The notes beneath the pieces were generated by a model. It did no database searches and was not told the origin of the DNA. It saw only the letters and a program-made list of their open reading frames with translations. DNA of 64,000 nt from an uncultured Alphaproteobacteria bacterium (GTDB taxonomy: Bacteria; Pseudomonadota; Alphaproteobacteria; Rhizobiales; Xanthobacteraceae), in the NCBI GenBank assembly GCA_963759345.1, contig CAVWYW010000017.1:314507-378506 (forward strand). Reading direction: 5' to 3'. Shown here piece after piece: positions 40,906 to 50,950 of the stretch. The translations under genes and the position numbers were made by a program. Every line of letters begins with the position of its first letter. Positions within the stretch are counted from its first letter, which is position 1.

Positions 40906-42425
40906 ATGCTTCGCAACGTGCTGGCGCGGAAGCTGCCGGGCGCCGAAGTGATCGTGGTCTCGAATCGCGAGCCGTAGAACAACAATCGCGAAGGTGCAGA
41001 CATTGTCGTGCAACCGCCGGCTAGCGGTCTGGTGCGGCCATCGAGCCCATCATGCGTGCCTGTGGCGGCACCTGGGTCGCTCACGGCAGCGGCAGCGCCG
41101 ACGCTGAAACCGTCGACCGGTTTGATCGCATCCGTGTGCCGCCGGCCCAACCGAGCTACTTGCTACGGCGCGTCTGGGTGACGGAGGAGGAGCAAAACGG
41201 CTACTACTACGGACTCGCCAACGAGGGCTTGTGGCCGTTGTGTCACATGGCTTACGTGCGGCCGAATTTCCGCGATCGCGACTGGAATGAGTACAAGCTC
41301 GTCAACGCCCGTTACGCTCAGGCCGTCGCAGATGAGGCCAAACGGCCCGATCCGATCATCCTCGTTCAGGATTACCATTTTGCGCTATTGCCGAGCATGC
41401 TGCGCAAGAAGCTCCCGAACGCGACCATCATTACGTTCTGGCAATCCCGTGGCCAAATCCCGAGAATTCGGAATTGCCCGTGGAAGGAGGAAATCATCGC
41501 CGGACTGCTGGGCAGTTCGGTGAATCGGTTTAACACCCGGATTTATTGCAATAATTTCCTCGATACTGTTGACCGCTTTATGGAAGCCCGGACTGATCGG
41601 GAGCACTCGCTAATCACCTTCGGCAGCCATTGACACGCTCGTCCGACCCTACCCGATCTCGATCGAGTGGCCGCCCGCCGCCATGGCCGGACAGAAGCCG
41701 GTCGCCGAATGTCCGCGCTGGTCCGGCAGCGCTTCGGACCGCCAATAACGTGGCGCCTGGAGTCGGAATCAAACGTGTCATTATACAAGGGCATTTTCGA
41801 CCGCTCCAGGCGATTATGCCCTGCCGGCTGATGTCCGGAGTGGAAGAACCAGTTCGTCTTCGTGCAAGTCGCAGCGCCGACGAGGAGCAAACTTGCCGTC
41901 TATACCGCGCTGCAAAAGCAGGCGCTGATGCCGGGAGAAATCAAGGCCCGCATGGTAACTGCGGCGCTATCAGCTGATCGGTCTGGTCGTGCGGCCATAT
42001 CGAGCCGCACGAAATATTCGAACTGTTCCGCGCCGCCGACCTGTGCATCGTGTTCAAGCCTGCAGGATGGAATGAATCTCGTCGCCAAGGAGTTTGTCGC
42101 GGCGCGTGACGATGACGATGGAGTCTTGCTGCTGTCGACTTTCGCCGGCGCTTCGCAGGAGTTGGCAGAAGCACTGATCGTTAATCCCTATAACGTCCAC
42201 AACACGAGCGTCGCCATCGAGCAGGCTCTGCTGATGTCGCCCACGGAAAAACGCGAACGGATGCGGCTGCATGCGCGAAATCGTGCGGTTAAGAAATGTC
42301 ACCGCTGGGCTGGCATCAGATGCTGCTCGATGGCGGCGACCTCAGGAAACGACAGCCGCATCATGCAGTTGATGTCTCAGCAGCGCTCCACGCTTGAGGC
42401 GCCGAAGCGAGTTGCCTTGAAGTAA
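40906..42425 (+). pseudogene. otsA: Decayed trehalose-6-phosphate synthase gene
   Basis: ..VIVVSNREP-TAG(stop)-.., MRACGGTWVAHGSG.., YYYGLANEGLWPLCH.., ILVQDYHFALLP.., CNNFLDTVDRF.., ..[40 protein letters not shown].. These are spread over all three frames, with an in-frame TAG where the conserved Tyr belongs. Confidence 0.75.
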
Positions 42426-42509
42426 TCGGTTTTCGCAGGCGGCGGGCCGCGGGTGAACAATCTTCCGATGTGTATTGCCAGACCTCTTGCGCGGCACTAT
42501 ACGCGGCGA

Positions 42510-43136
42510 TCACTCCGCATAGCGGTACGCACCGCCTTTCTCGAGCGCCCGCTTGTAAGCAGGTCGCGCGTGGATCCGCTCCAGGAAATTCATCAGCCTG
42601 GGGCGTGTTTCGTCGAGACCGCCGCGGTCGGTGGCGACTTCGAGCGGAAAACTCAACATGATGTCGGCGGCGGAGAAGTGATCGCCCAGGAACCATGGCG
42701 CCGCGAGTAGCTCGGCTTCCAAATAGTCCAAGTGAAGCTTTAGTTGCGACTTCACGAATGCTTTCGCCGGCAACGCCAAAAGTCCAAGCCGGTCCACGAC
42801 AAGCTTGAGGAGCAGCGGCGGCATCAGCGAGCCTTCGGCGTAATGCAGCCAATATTTGTAGCGCCAATACAGCTCGGAATCGCGGGACGGCGCCAAATTC
42901 GAGCCATAACGCGCGACCAGATATTCGACGATTGGTCCAGTCTCGGCGAATTTTTTGTCGTTGTCTTCGATAATTGGCGATTTGCCGAGCGGATGGATGC
43001 GGCGCAGTTCCTTCGGCGCCAGCATCGTCCGCCGGTCACGCTCGTAACGCACGACTTCGTACGGTGTGCCGGTTTCCTCGAGCAGCCAGAGAACGCGCTG
43101 GCTGCGTGAATTGTTCAGATGATGAACACGGATCAT
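42510..43136 (-). CDS. Glutathione S-transferase family protein
   Basis: MIRVHHLNNSRSQRVLWLLEETGTPYEVV.Y.RD......P.ELRRIHPLGKSPIIED... It also has a C-terminal GST helix domain. Confidence 0.8.
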   Translation of the reverse strand: MIRVHHLNNSRSQRVLWLLEETGTPYEVVRYERDRRTMLAPKELRRIHPLGKSPIIEDNDKKFAETGPIVEYLVARYGSNLAPSRDSELYWRYKYWLHYAEGSLMPPLLLKLVVDRLGLLALPAKAFVKSQLKLHLDYLEAELLAAPWFLGDHFSAADIMLSFPLEVATDRGGLDETRPRLMNFLERIHARPAYKRALEKGGAYRYAE

Positions 43137-43241
43137 GTCGCGGCCAAAGCAACGGTGAAGCCGGTGACTGGAAAATCGTAACAAACAAAGTCGGGAATAG
43201 CGATACGACGGTTCACTATTTCCGATGGCTACAGCAAATCG

Positions 43242-44567
43242 CTATTGGGTCGTCGCACCTTCGAGCCTGGCGCCGGCATTGAGGAATTTCAGCGGATCGA
43301 CTGCCTCGCCGTCGATGCGGGTTTCGTAGTGCACGTGCGGCCCAGTCGAGCGTCCGGTCGAGCCGAGGCGGCCGACCACCTGGCCAATCCGAATCTTGTC
43401 GCCGACGTCGACGTCGATCTGCGAGAGATGGCCATAGCGGGTCGCAAGCCCGTTGCCGTGATCGATCTCGACCATCTTGCCGTACCCGCCGGTCCAGCCG
43501 GCGGCGGTGACGGTTCCCGCGGCGGTTGCCCGGATCGGGTCGCCGACTTCGCCGCGGAAGTCGAGGCCGGTGTGCATTGCCGGGATGCGCAGAAACGGAT
43601 CAATACGCACGCCGAACTGTGAAGACATATCGATCTCGCCGCTCACCGGCTTGCGCACCGGAACGTAGACCAGCGCGCGGTTTAACTGTTCGGTCTGTGC
43701 ACGCGCGATATTGAGGCGCATGAGCTCCCGCTCGAACGTATTGCTTTCGCCGGGCAGTTTGACCGGCACGAATGGTCCGCCGCTTGCCGCCGCCGGCGGC
43801 GCGTTAATCTTCAAGCCAAGCTCGGCAAATACATTCCGCAGTCGGCGGGCTCTGCCCTCGTAGCGTTCCTCAATTTGCGTGAGCGCCAGCGACTGGCGTC
43901 GCTCGACACGCTCAAGAGTGGTTTCGGCGCGCGCGAGCTTGGCGGTAACATCCCCACCTTTGCCGGTTTTGCGGCTGGTCTGCATCCAATCGGGATCAAG
44001 GAGCGACTGGCGGTCGCGACCGGACGGTGCGGTAAACGTCGCTCCCGAGCCGCCACGTGCTGAAGGCCTGATCGCACCGGTCGTCGCCGGATCGACGATG
44101 CCAACCAAAGCTGACGCCCGCAACTCCAGTGTGCTTTGACGGCGCAGCAGGTCGTCGAGCTTTTGCTGGAACTGTTCCTGATCGAGCAGTTGGCGGCTCG
44201 TGGTGCGGTCGAGGCGGGCACGCAGTTCAGCGATGCGGTCCTCATAGGCGTATTGCTGTTCGACCTGGCGGGCGAGGAGACCTCGGAGAACGTCCTCGCG
44301 GAAGGCGAAATAAGTGGCGGCGGTCAACGACCAGCCGGCCATGATCACCACCGTACCGACGGCGATCCAGAATGCGACCGGTCCGAATCGAATCTGCCGC
44401 CCGGCATGGGCGAATGTGTAACCAGAACCTGCTCGGCTTACGCTTCGCTCACGCGGAACGGCGTGCCCCTGAAAGCGCACGACTTCACGCGACTGAGCCG
44501 CTTTCCCACCCGACATTGACGCTCCCACAAGAGCCGGTTGTTTGGTCCGGCTCGCCCGGAAAGGCAT
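43242..44567 (-). CDS. M23-family metallopeptidase with TM anchor and coiled-coil region
   Basis: ..FG.R.DPF....AMHTGLDF.G..G.PI.A.A.G.V..AGW.GGYG..V.IDHGNG..T.YGHLS.I.V..G..I..GQ..G..GSTGRSTGPHVHYE. The start is alternatively ATG 44516. Confidence 0.8.
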   Translation of the reverse strand: MPFRASRTKQPALVGASMSGGKAAQSREVVRFQGHAVPRERSVSRAGSGYTFAHAGRQIRFGPVAFWIAVGTVVIMAGWSLTAATYFAFREDVLRGLLARQVEQQYAYEDRIAELRARLDRTTSRQLLDQEQFQQKLDDLLRRQSTLELRASALVGIVDPATTGAIRPSARGGSGATFTAPSGRDRQSLLDPDWMQTSRKTGKGGDVTAKLARAETTLERVERRQSLALTQIEERYEGRARRLRNVFAELGLKINAPPAAASGGPFVPVKLPGESNTFERELMRLNIARAQTEQLNRALVYVPVRKPVSGEIDMSSQFGVRIDPFLRIPAMHTGLDFRGEVGDPIRATAAGTVTAAGWTGGYGKMVEIDHGNGLATRYGHLSQIDVDVGDKIRIGQVVGRLGSTGRSTGPHVHYETRIDGEAVDPLKFLNAGARLEGATTQ

Positions 44568-44682
44568 TTGAGCGCCGTATGGTTAATATTCCGCAAATTG
44601 CGGCTGACATTTTGTGACCTGGGGTAAATGCTTCGGCAATTTCGAACGTACCGCGACAGTAACCGCCGGTTTTCGGACGAGG

Positions 44683-45189
44683 TCATGCTTCATAGCGACT
44701 TGCTTCATAGTGATTTGCTTCAAGCGACTTGGCGGCCGCCAGCACCTCTTCGGCGTGTCCTTCGACCGAGACTTTTGGCCACACGCGGGCAAGACGTTGG
44801 TCAGGCCCGATCAGGACGGTGGTTCGCACGACCCCCATGAACTTTCGCCCATACATCGACTTCTCCTGCCAGACACCATAGGCTTCCAGCATCAGATGTT
44901 TTTCGTCGGACGCCAGTGCGATCGAGAGTTTGTGCTTGGATTTGAATTTGTCCTGTGCCGGTACCGGGTCGGCCGACACGCCGAGGATGTCGGTATCGAC
45001 TTTCGCAAAAGCGGCCTTGAGGCGGGAGAAGTCGATGGCCTCTTTGGTACAGCCGGGCGTATCCGCTTTCGGATAGAAATAGAGTACAAGCTTGCGGCCG
45101 GCGAAATCGGCCAGCGAGACAGTGCCGCCTCCGTCCCGGGGCAATGTGAACGCGGGGGCCTTGGTGCCGGGGTCAAGCTTGGTGGACAT
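44683..45189 (-). CDS. bcp: Thioredoxin-dependent thiol peroxidase (peroxiredoxin Bcp)
   Basis: ..APAFTLP.DGG..VSLADF.G.KLVLYFYPKADTPGCTKEAI.F......F......ILGVS.D.... Confidence 0.85.
   Translation of the reverse strand: MSTKLDPGTKAPAFTLPRDGGGTVSLADFAGRKLVLYFYPKADTPGCTKEAIDFSRLKAAFAKVDTDILGVSADPVPAQDKFKSKHKLSIALASDEKHLMLEAYGVWQEKSMYGRKFMGVVRTTVLIGPDQRLARVWPKVSVEGHAEEVLAAAKSLEANHYEASRYEA
44686..44730. repeat. Three tandem 15-bp units at the 3' end of bcp
   Basis: tgcttcatagcgact / tgcttcatagtgatt / tgcttcaagcgactt. On the coding strand these encode ..KSLEA NHYEA SRYEA*. Confidence 0.6.
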
Positions 45190-45313
45190 GCGCCTTCCTT
45201 TCGACGCTTTCAAAGCGGCATTGTGCGGCGCCAGAATACGCGCGCTCGTGGACGGGGTCGATGGCGCCGGGTTATTCTGAAATCACCGCGGACGAGGGGC
45301 CACCCGAGGGGGC

Positions 45314-48300
45314 ATGACCAGCCAGCAAAGGCAGCGGGCCGCGCTTCCGCGATGGAGGTCGGTCGTTCATCTGCGGCGAAGGATACGCTCTGCCGCGACC
45401 GACGGCGCGCTCCGCGCCAGCGATGTCCCGCGCGTTTCGCCCTTCCGGCCGTTGCTGGCGTTCTTTGCGCGTCATCAGACATGGATCCGCCGCTCGGCGA
45501 TCGGCATTGGGGTCGTCTGTATGCTCGTCGCGGCGGGCTTTCTCACACTGTGGTGGCGGCTTGCGAGCGGACCGATTCAGCTCGACGTGGCGACGCCCTG
45601 GCTTGCCTCCGCGATCGAGGAGAATTTCGGCAGTCATCACCACGTCGCGGTCGGCGGCACCCAGATCGAACGCACCGAAAATGGCGGCACTGCGGTACGC
45701 ATCCGCGACATTGTCGTGCGCGATGCGGACGGGAGCATCGTGGCCAGCGCACCAAAAGCCGAGGTCCGCGTGTCCGGCTCGGGCCTCTTGAGCGGACACC
45801 TGCGCGCCGAAAGCCTCAATCTCGTCGGTGCCGAGATGGCCGTGCGCATCGAGCAGGATGGCGAAGTCACGGTTTTTGCCGGCGCTGACAAACGCCCGAT
45901 TGCCACGGCCTCGGTACCGGTTTCCGCCGCCGCGCTGTTGCGCGCTGCCCAGGAGAAAGCCAACGAGCAAACGGCTTCAATACCGGTCCAGCCGGTCGCC
46001 TCACGCCGTGCCCGCGACGTGTTCGCGGCGCTGTTGTCCTGGATTGACGGCATCAGCCAGAGCGGGCTCGACGGCCACGACCTGCGCGAGCTCGGGCTCA
46101 AGAACGGCAATCTGACGGTCGACGACAAGCGCACCGGCAAGCACTGGACGTTTAAGGATATCAATCTCAGCGTTGAACGCGCGCACGGCGGTGTCGAAGT
46201 CAGCGTCGGCTCTGACAATCCGGCGCGGCCGTGGGGCCTGGTCGCGGCGGTGACGCCAACCCGTCAGGGCTACCGGAGGATCAAATTCAAGCTCGCCGCG
46301 TCTCCGCCAGCGACCTTCTTCTGGTGACGCGCCTTGACGAAGGCAATGTCCGGGTTGACGCGACATTGTCCGCGAGCATCGACGGCGAGATCGGCCCCGA
46401 CGGATTGCCGCAGATCGCCACCGCCCGCCTCGTTGCCGAGACCGGTTCGATCGGGTACGTGAATGACGACGACAGCCGTCTCACGTTCGATCGCGCCGAG
46501 TTCAAACTGAATTGGGAAGCCGGGACCCGTCTGCTGTCGGTGCCGTTCCAAGTTCTTTCCGGCGGCGCCCGCGTCACGCTCCTGGGACAGATCGAAGCGC
46601 CGCCCGAGGCCGGCGGCATCTGGTCGTTCAAGGTCGGCGGCGGCACGATCGTGTTGACCTCTCCTGGTGCGGCCAGCGATCCGCCTTTAGTCCTGAACCG
46701 CATCGCCGTGAGCGGCCGCTACGACGCGGGTAAGCAGCGCTTCATCATGGACGAGGGCGATATCGGCAACACCAGCGTCGGTGTCGCCATGTCCGGCAAC
46801 ATGGATTTTTCAGGCGGCGCTGCGCGCTTGACAGCTGGTTTTGCCGGCACGCGCATGCCGGTCGAATCCCTGAAACGGATTTGGCCGATTTTCATCAATC
46901 CGCAGGTGCGTGGCTGGTTCAACGAGCACCTTCTGAGCGGCACCGTCGAGCGCATCGTGATTGCGGTGAACGCACCGTTCGATACGCTTAAGGCCGGCGG
47001 CCCGCCGGTTCCCGACGACGGATTTCAATCGAAGCGCTGGCGACGGGCTGCGTGCTGCGGCCGGTGGCTAGCCTGCCGGCACTGCGCGATGCCGATCTCA
47101 ACATGCGTATCGTCGGCCGTAACGCCGTCGTGGCGGTCAGCAAGGCGACGGCTGATCTGCCATCCGGGCGCAAGCTTGTCCTGTCGTCCGGCGCGTTCGA
47201 AGTGCCCGATACGGACGTGCATCCGCCCCAGGCGCGCGTGCATTTTAAGCTCGAGGTCCGGCGCCGGCCGCCGCGGAATTGTTGCGCACCGAACGGCTGC
47301 GCGACATTGCCGACGCTCCGTTCGATCCGTCGACCATTCGCGGGACGGTGAGCGCGCAAGTCACGCTCGGGATGCCGATCAAGTCCAATCTGCCGCCAGG
47401 ATCGACCAGTTACGCAATCACGGTCGACGCCACCAATTTTTCCGCCGACCGGATGATCATGGGCAGAAGGCGACGCCGCGCTGCTGCGCGCGACCGCTAC
47501 GGCGCAAGGCTTCCAGCTTAAGGGCGACGTGAAGATCGGCAGCACGCCGGTCAGTCTCGAATATCGCAAGGCGCGCGGCGACGCCGACGCGGAAATCCGC
47601 ATCACCGGCATGCTCGATGAGGCGGCGCGCAAAGTCTCGGCTTCGACGTCGGCGAGGCAATCGCCGGGGCAATTCCGATCCGGCTGACCGGGCGTGTCGC
47701 CATGACGGCCGAGCGAGAGGGGCACTTCACCGTCGATGCCGACCTGACGCCCGCGCAGATCGACGGGCTGCTGCCGGGATGGTCCAAGGCGTCCGGCAAA
47801 CCGGCCAGGGCAACGTTTACGCTGACGACCAAGCCGCAATCGATCCGGATCGAGGATCTGCTGATCGAAGGCTCCGGCGGCGGCGTGAAAGGATCGATTG
47901 ATCTCGACGGTTCCGGCGAAGTGCAGTCGGCGCATTTTCCGGCCTACGGTTTCTCCGACGGCGACCGGGCGAACCTCAAGATCGACCGCGCTGGCGACGG
48001 GGCGCTGCGTGTTGTCCTTCGCGGCGACGTCTATGACGGACGCGGCTTCATCAAGACGGCAGCTGGTGCTGCTTCATCGAGCGCGAACAGCAAACGCCGC
48101 CAGGTGGACGTCGACGTCGATATGAAACTCGGCGCCGTAGTCGGCTTCAACGGCGAGGCGTTGCGCAGCGTTGATCTGAAAATGTCGCGCCGCGCCGGCG
48201 AAATTCGCAGCTTCGGTTTAAACGCCAAGATCGGGCGCGACGCCACGCTCACCGGCGATCTGCGCAGCCGCGGCAGCGGCCGCCAGCTGATCTATCTGGA

Positions 48301-48895
48301 AAGCAGCGATGCCGGCGCGTTCTTTCGCTTCACCGACGTCTACACTCGCATGACCGGCGGGCAGGTGGCGATCGCGATGGAGACGCCGTCGGCCGATAAC
48401 AGCGCGCAGCAGGGTATGCTCAGCGCGCACAATTTTGCCATCCACGACGAAACCCAGCTTGAGCGCGCGGTCACGACCGGCAACCAGCCCCGCCGCGGCA
48501 ATGCCATCGACTTCTCGAACATGCGCCTCGACTTTACGCGCATGCCCGGGCGCGTCGCGCTGCGCGACGGCGTGGTCCGCGGGCCGATCCTCGGCGGCAC
48601 CATCGACGGTGTCGTCGATTACGCCCGCGACGATGTGCACCTGCACGGCACGCTGGTACCGCTCTACGGACCAAACAATCTACTCGGGCAGTTGCCGCTG
48701 CTCGGCCTGTTCCTGGGCGGCGAAAAGGAAGGGTTGGTCGGCATCACCTACGAAGTGATAGGCAAGGCGGGCAGTCCGCAGCTCCGCATCAACCCGATCT
48801 CGGCGCTCGCCCCAGGACTGCTGCGCAAGGTGTTCGAATTCCCAGCCAACGGCAGCGATCCGGGCACCGAGCGGCTTCCCAGCCAGTTTCGCTGA
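45314..48895 (+). CDS. AsmA-like / DUF3971-type large envelope protein (YhdP-like); at least 5 frame breaks
   Basis: N-terminal TM (IGIGVVCMLVAAGFLTLWW). The long beta-rich body is readable only by switching frames near 46310, 47020, 47255, 47465 and 47640. The C-terminus reads ..LHGTLVPLYGPNNLLGQLPLLGLFLGGEKEGL.GITY.V.G....P....NP.S.LAPG.LR..F. Confidence 0.65.
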
Positions 48896-48899
48896 GGCT

Positions 48900-50153
48900 T
48901 AACCGGTTTAAGCAGTACGTGACGCTTCCGGCCGAACGAGAGCTTGATCACGCCCTCCGCCGTGAGGTCTTTTTCGCCTATCGCAAAATTCGAAATTGGT
49001 TATTCGAGTGTCATTGACAGAAATACTGTTATTGGCGATCGCGCGGCGCACCTCGCCCTTGGAATTGCAAAAACCAGCCAGAAGTGAAGCGTCGCCGATG
49101 GCAATGCCTTCTTCAAGAGTCTTTCCGCGGGACATGAGCCGTAGGCAAGTTCGCGCTAAACTGTTCCTTCCTCGAACGTCGTGCGCGCCGTCGCAGCGGC
49201 TTTGTCCGCCTCGGCCGCCCGTGCAACAGCGCCGTCGCTTCCGTCGCGAGAATTTTCTTCGCGTCGTTGACGTCCGCACCTTTCAGCGCGGCGAGACGTT
49301 CGATCTCGTCGAGCGGCAGCACCGTGAACAACTTGAGGAAGCGGGCAACATCGGCGTCTTCGGTGTTGCGCCAGTATTGCCAATACTCGTAGGGGCTCAC
49401 CAAATCAGCGTTGAGCCACACCGCGCCGGCGGCGGTCTTGCCCATCTTGGCGCCCGACGACGTGGTGATCAGCGGCGAGGTCAATGCGAAGAGTTGCGCG
49501 TTGTGCAGGCGGCGGCCGAGATCGATGCCGTTGACGATGTTGCCCCACTGATCTGAGCCGCCCATTTGCAGCGCGCAGTCGTAACGGCGATGCAGCTCCA
49601 CAAAGTCGTACGCCTGCAGGATCATGTAGTTGAATTCGAGAAACGACAATTCCTGCTGGCGCTCGAGCCGAAGCTTGACCGAATTGAACGCCAGCATCCG
49701 GTTAATCGAGAAGTGTCGGCCGACGTCACGAAGAAAATCGACATAGTTGAGCCTGTTGAGCCAGTCGGCGTTGTTGGCCATGATGGCGTTGCCGCCGCCG
49801 CCTTCGAATTTCAGGAACTTGTCGAAGACCGCGCGAATGCCCTTCAGGTTTTCGTTGATCTCTCGTCGGTGAGCAGCCGGCGGCTCTCGTCCTTTCCCGA
49901 CGGATCGCCGACGCGCGTAGTGCCGCCGCCCATCAGCGCGATCGGCCGGTGGCCGGTCTGCTGCAGCCAGTACAGCAGCATGATCGGCAGCAGCGAGCCG
50001 ACATGAAGCGACGCGTGCGGTGCAGTCGAAACCGATATAGGCGGTAATGGTCGACGAGCGCGCCAGCGCATCCAGCGCCTCGGGTTCCGAGACCTGGTGG
50101 ATAAAGCCCCGGCTGGCGAGGACGTTGAGAAAATCGGACTTGTAAGTGCTCAT
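48900..50153 (-). CDS. tyrS: Tyrosyl-tRNA synthetase; about 6 frame breaks, 3' end uncertain
   Basis: [20 protein letters not shown].., YIGFDCTA / [42 protein letters not shown] / .., [11 protein letters not shown].., KMGKT motif (SGAKMGKTA). An S4-like C-terminus follows (..[16 protein letters not shown].., [18 protein letters not shown]). Confidence 0.85.
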
Positions 50154-50174
50154 CGCGTTCCGGCGATATATGTT

Positions 50175-50318
50175 CCGTCACTCTGAGATGCGAGCCAACG
50201 GATCCGACCCGAAGTGGTCGGCCCGATGATAAACTCCGCGAGCCTCGAAGGGCGACGGCCCGGGCGCCTCGGCCGTTCATCCTTTGACGGCCGCCTTGCG
50301 GCCACCTCAGGATGACGG
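50175..50318. repeat. MITE-like repeat bounded by CCGTCAcTCTGAG / CTCAGgATGACGG
   Basis: It has the same termini as the 44-bp hairpin at 2601-2644, with about 100 bp of internal sequence. It lies between the tyrS start and the anmK remnant. Confidence 0.6.
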
Positions 50319-50369
50319 TGAATAAGCGGCGGCGCTGGTGTAACAGGTCCACCGGCTGATTCAACCAAA

Positions 50370-50713
50370 GATACCGCAAATGGCGTCGCCATCGTCCTGG
50401 CAACCCGACGCTGCTGCGCATCTCGCCAAAGCGCGTCGCGCCGGCGCGGGTCGAAACCGCGCACGACGCCGGCTGGTCGATCGACTTGCTCGAGGCACAA
50501 GCCTTCGCCTACTTGGCGGTGCGCAGTCTGCACGGTCTGCCGATCACCTTCCCCGGCACCACCGGCGTGCCGCGCCCGCTCTGCGGCGGCGTGCTGGCAA
50601 GACCCTGGCGCGAGCGGCAAGTAATCGTTAAGGAAAGGGTTAAGCTCGCCGTCGCCAGCCACGACTGTGACGCTAGCTTTCACGTTACTCGCTCAACGTT
50701 AAAACCGCCATGA
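50370..50713 (+). pseudogene. anmK: 3' remnant of the anhydro-N-acetylmuramic acid kinase gene
   Basis: Only the C-terminal part is present: ..[67 protein letters not shown]. No coding sequence for about 290 N-terminal residues exists between it and tyrS. Confidence 0.6.
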
Positions 50714-50950
50714 AAGCGAAAATTGCGGTCAGGACGGCGGCCGCGCCGATCGCGCCGGGCGTCGGATCGGTCGCGATGGTTACTGTCCAGAACGCGACTG
50801 TCAGCAATACGCAAGCACTTCGAAAAATATCTGGATACCGAGCTTATAAGATGTCTTTTCATTTCGGCGATCTTAATCTGGCGGCGCAAGCCGCTGATCG
50901 CGAGAGACGCGCGTGATTTGTCGGCTACAAGGTTTGTGCGCGACCTTCCT

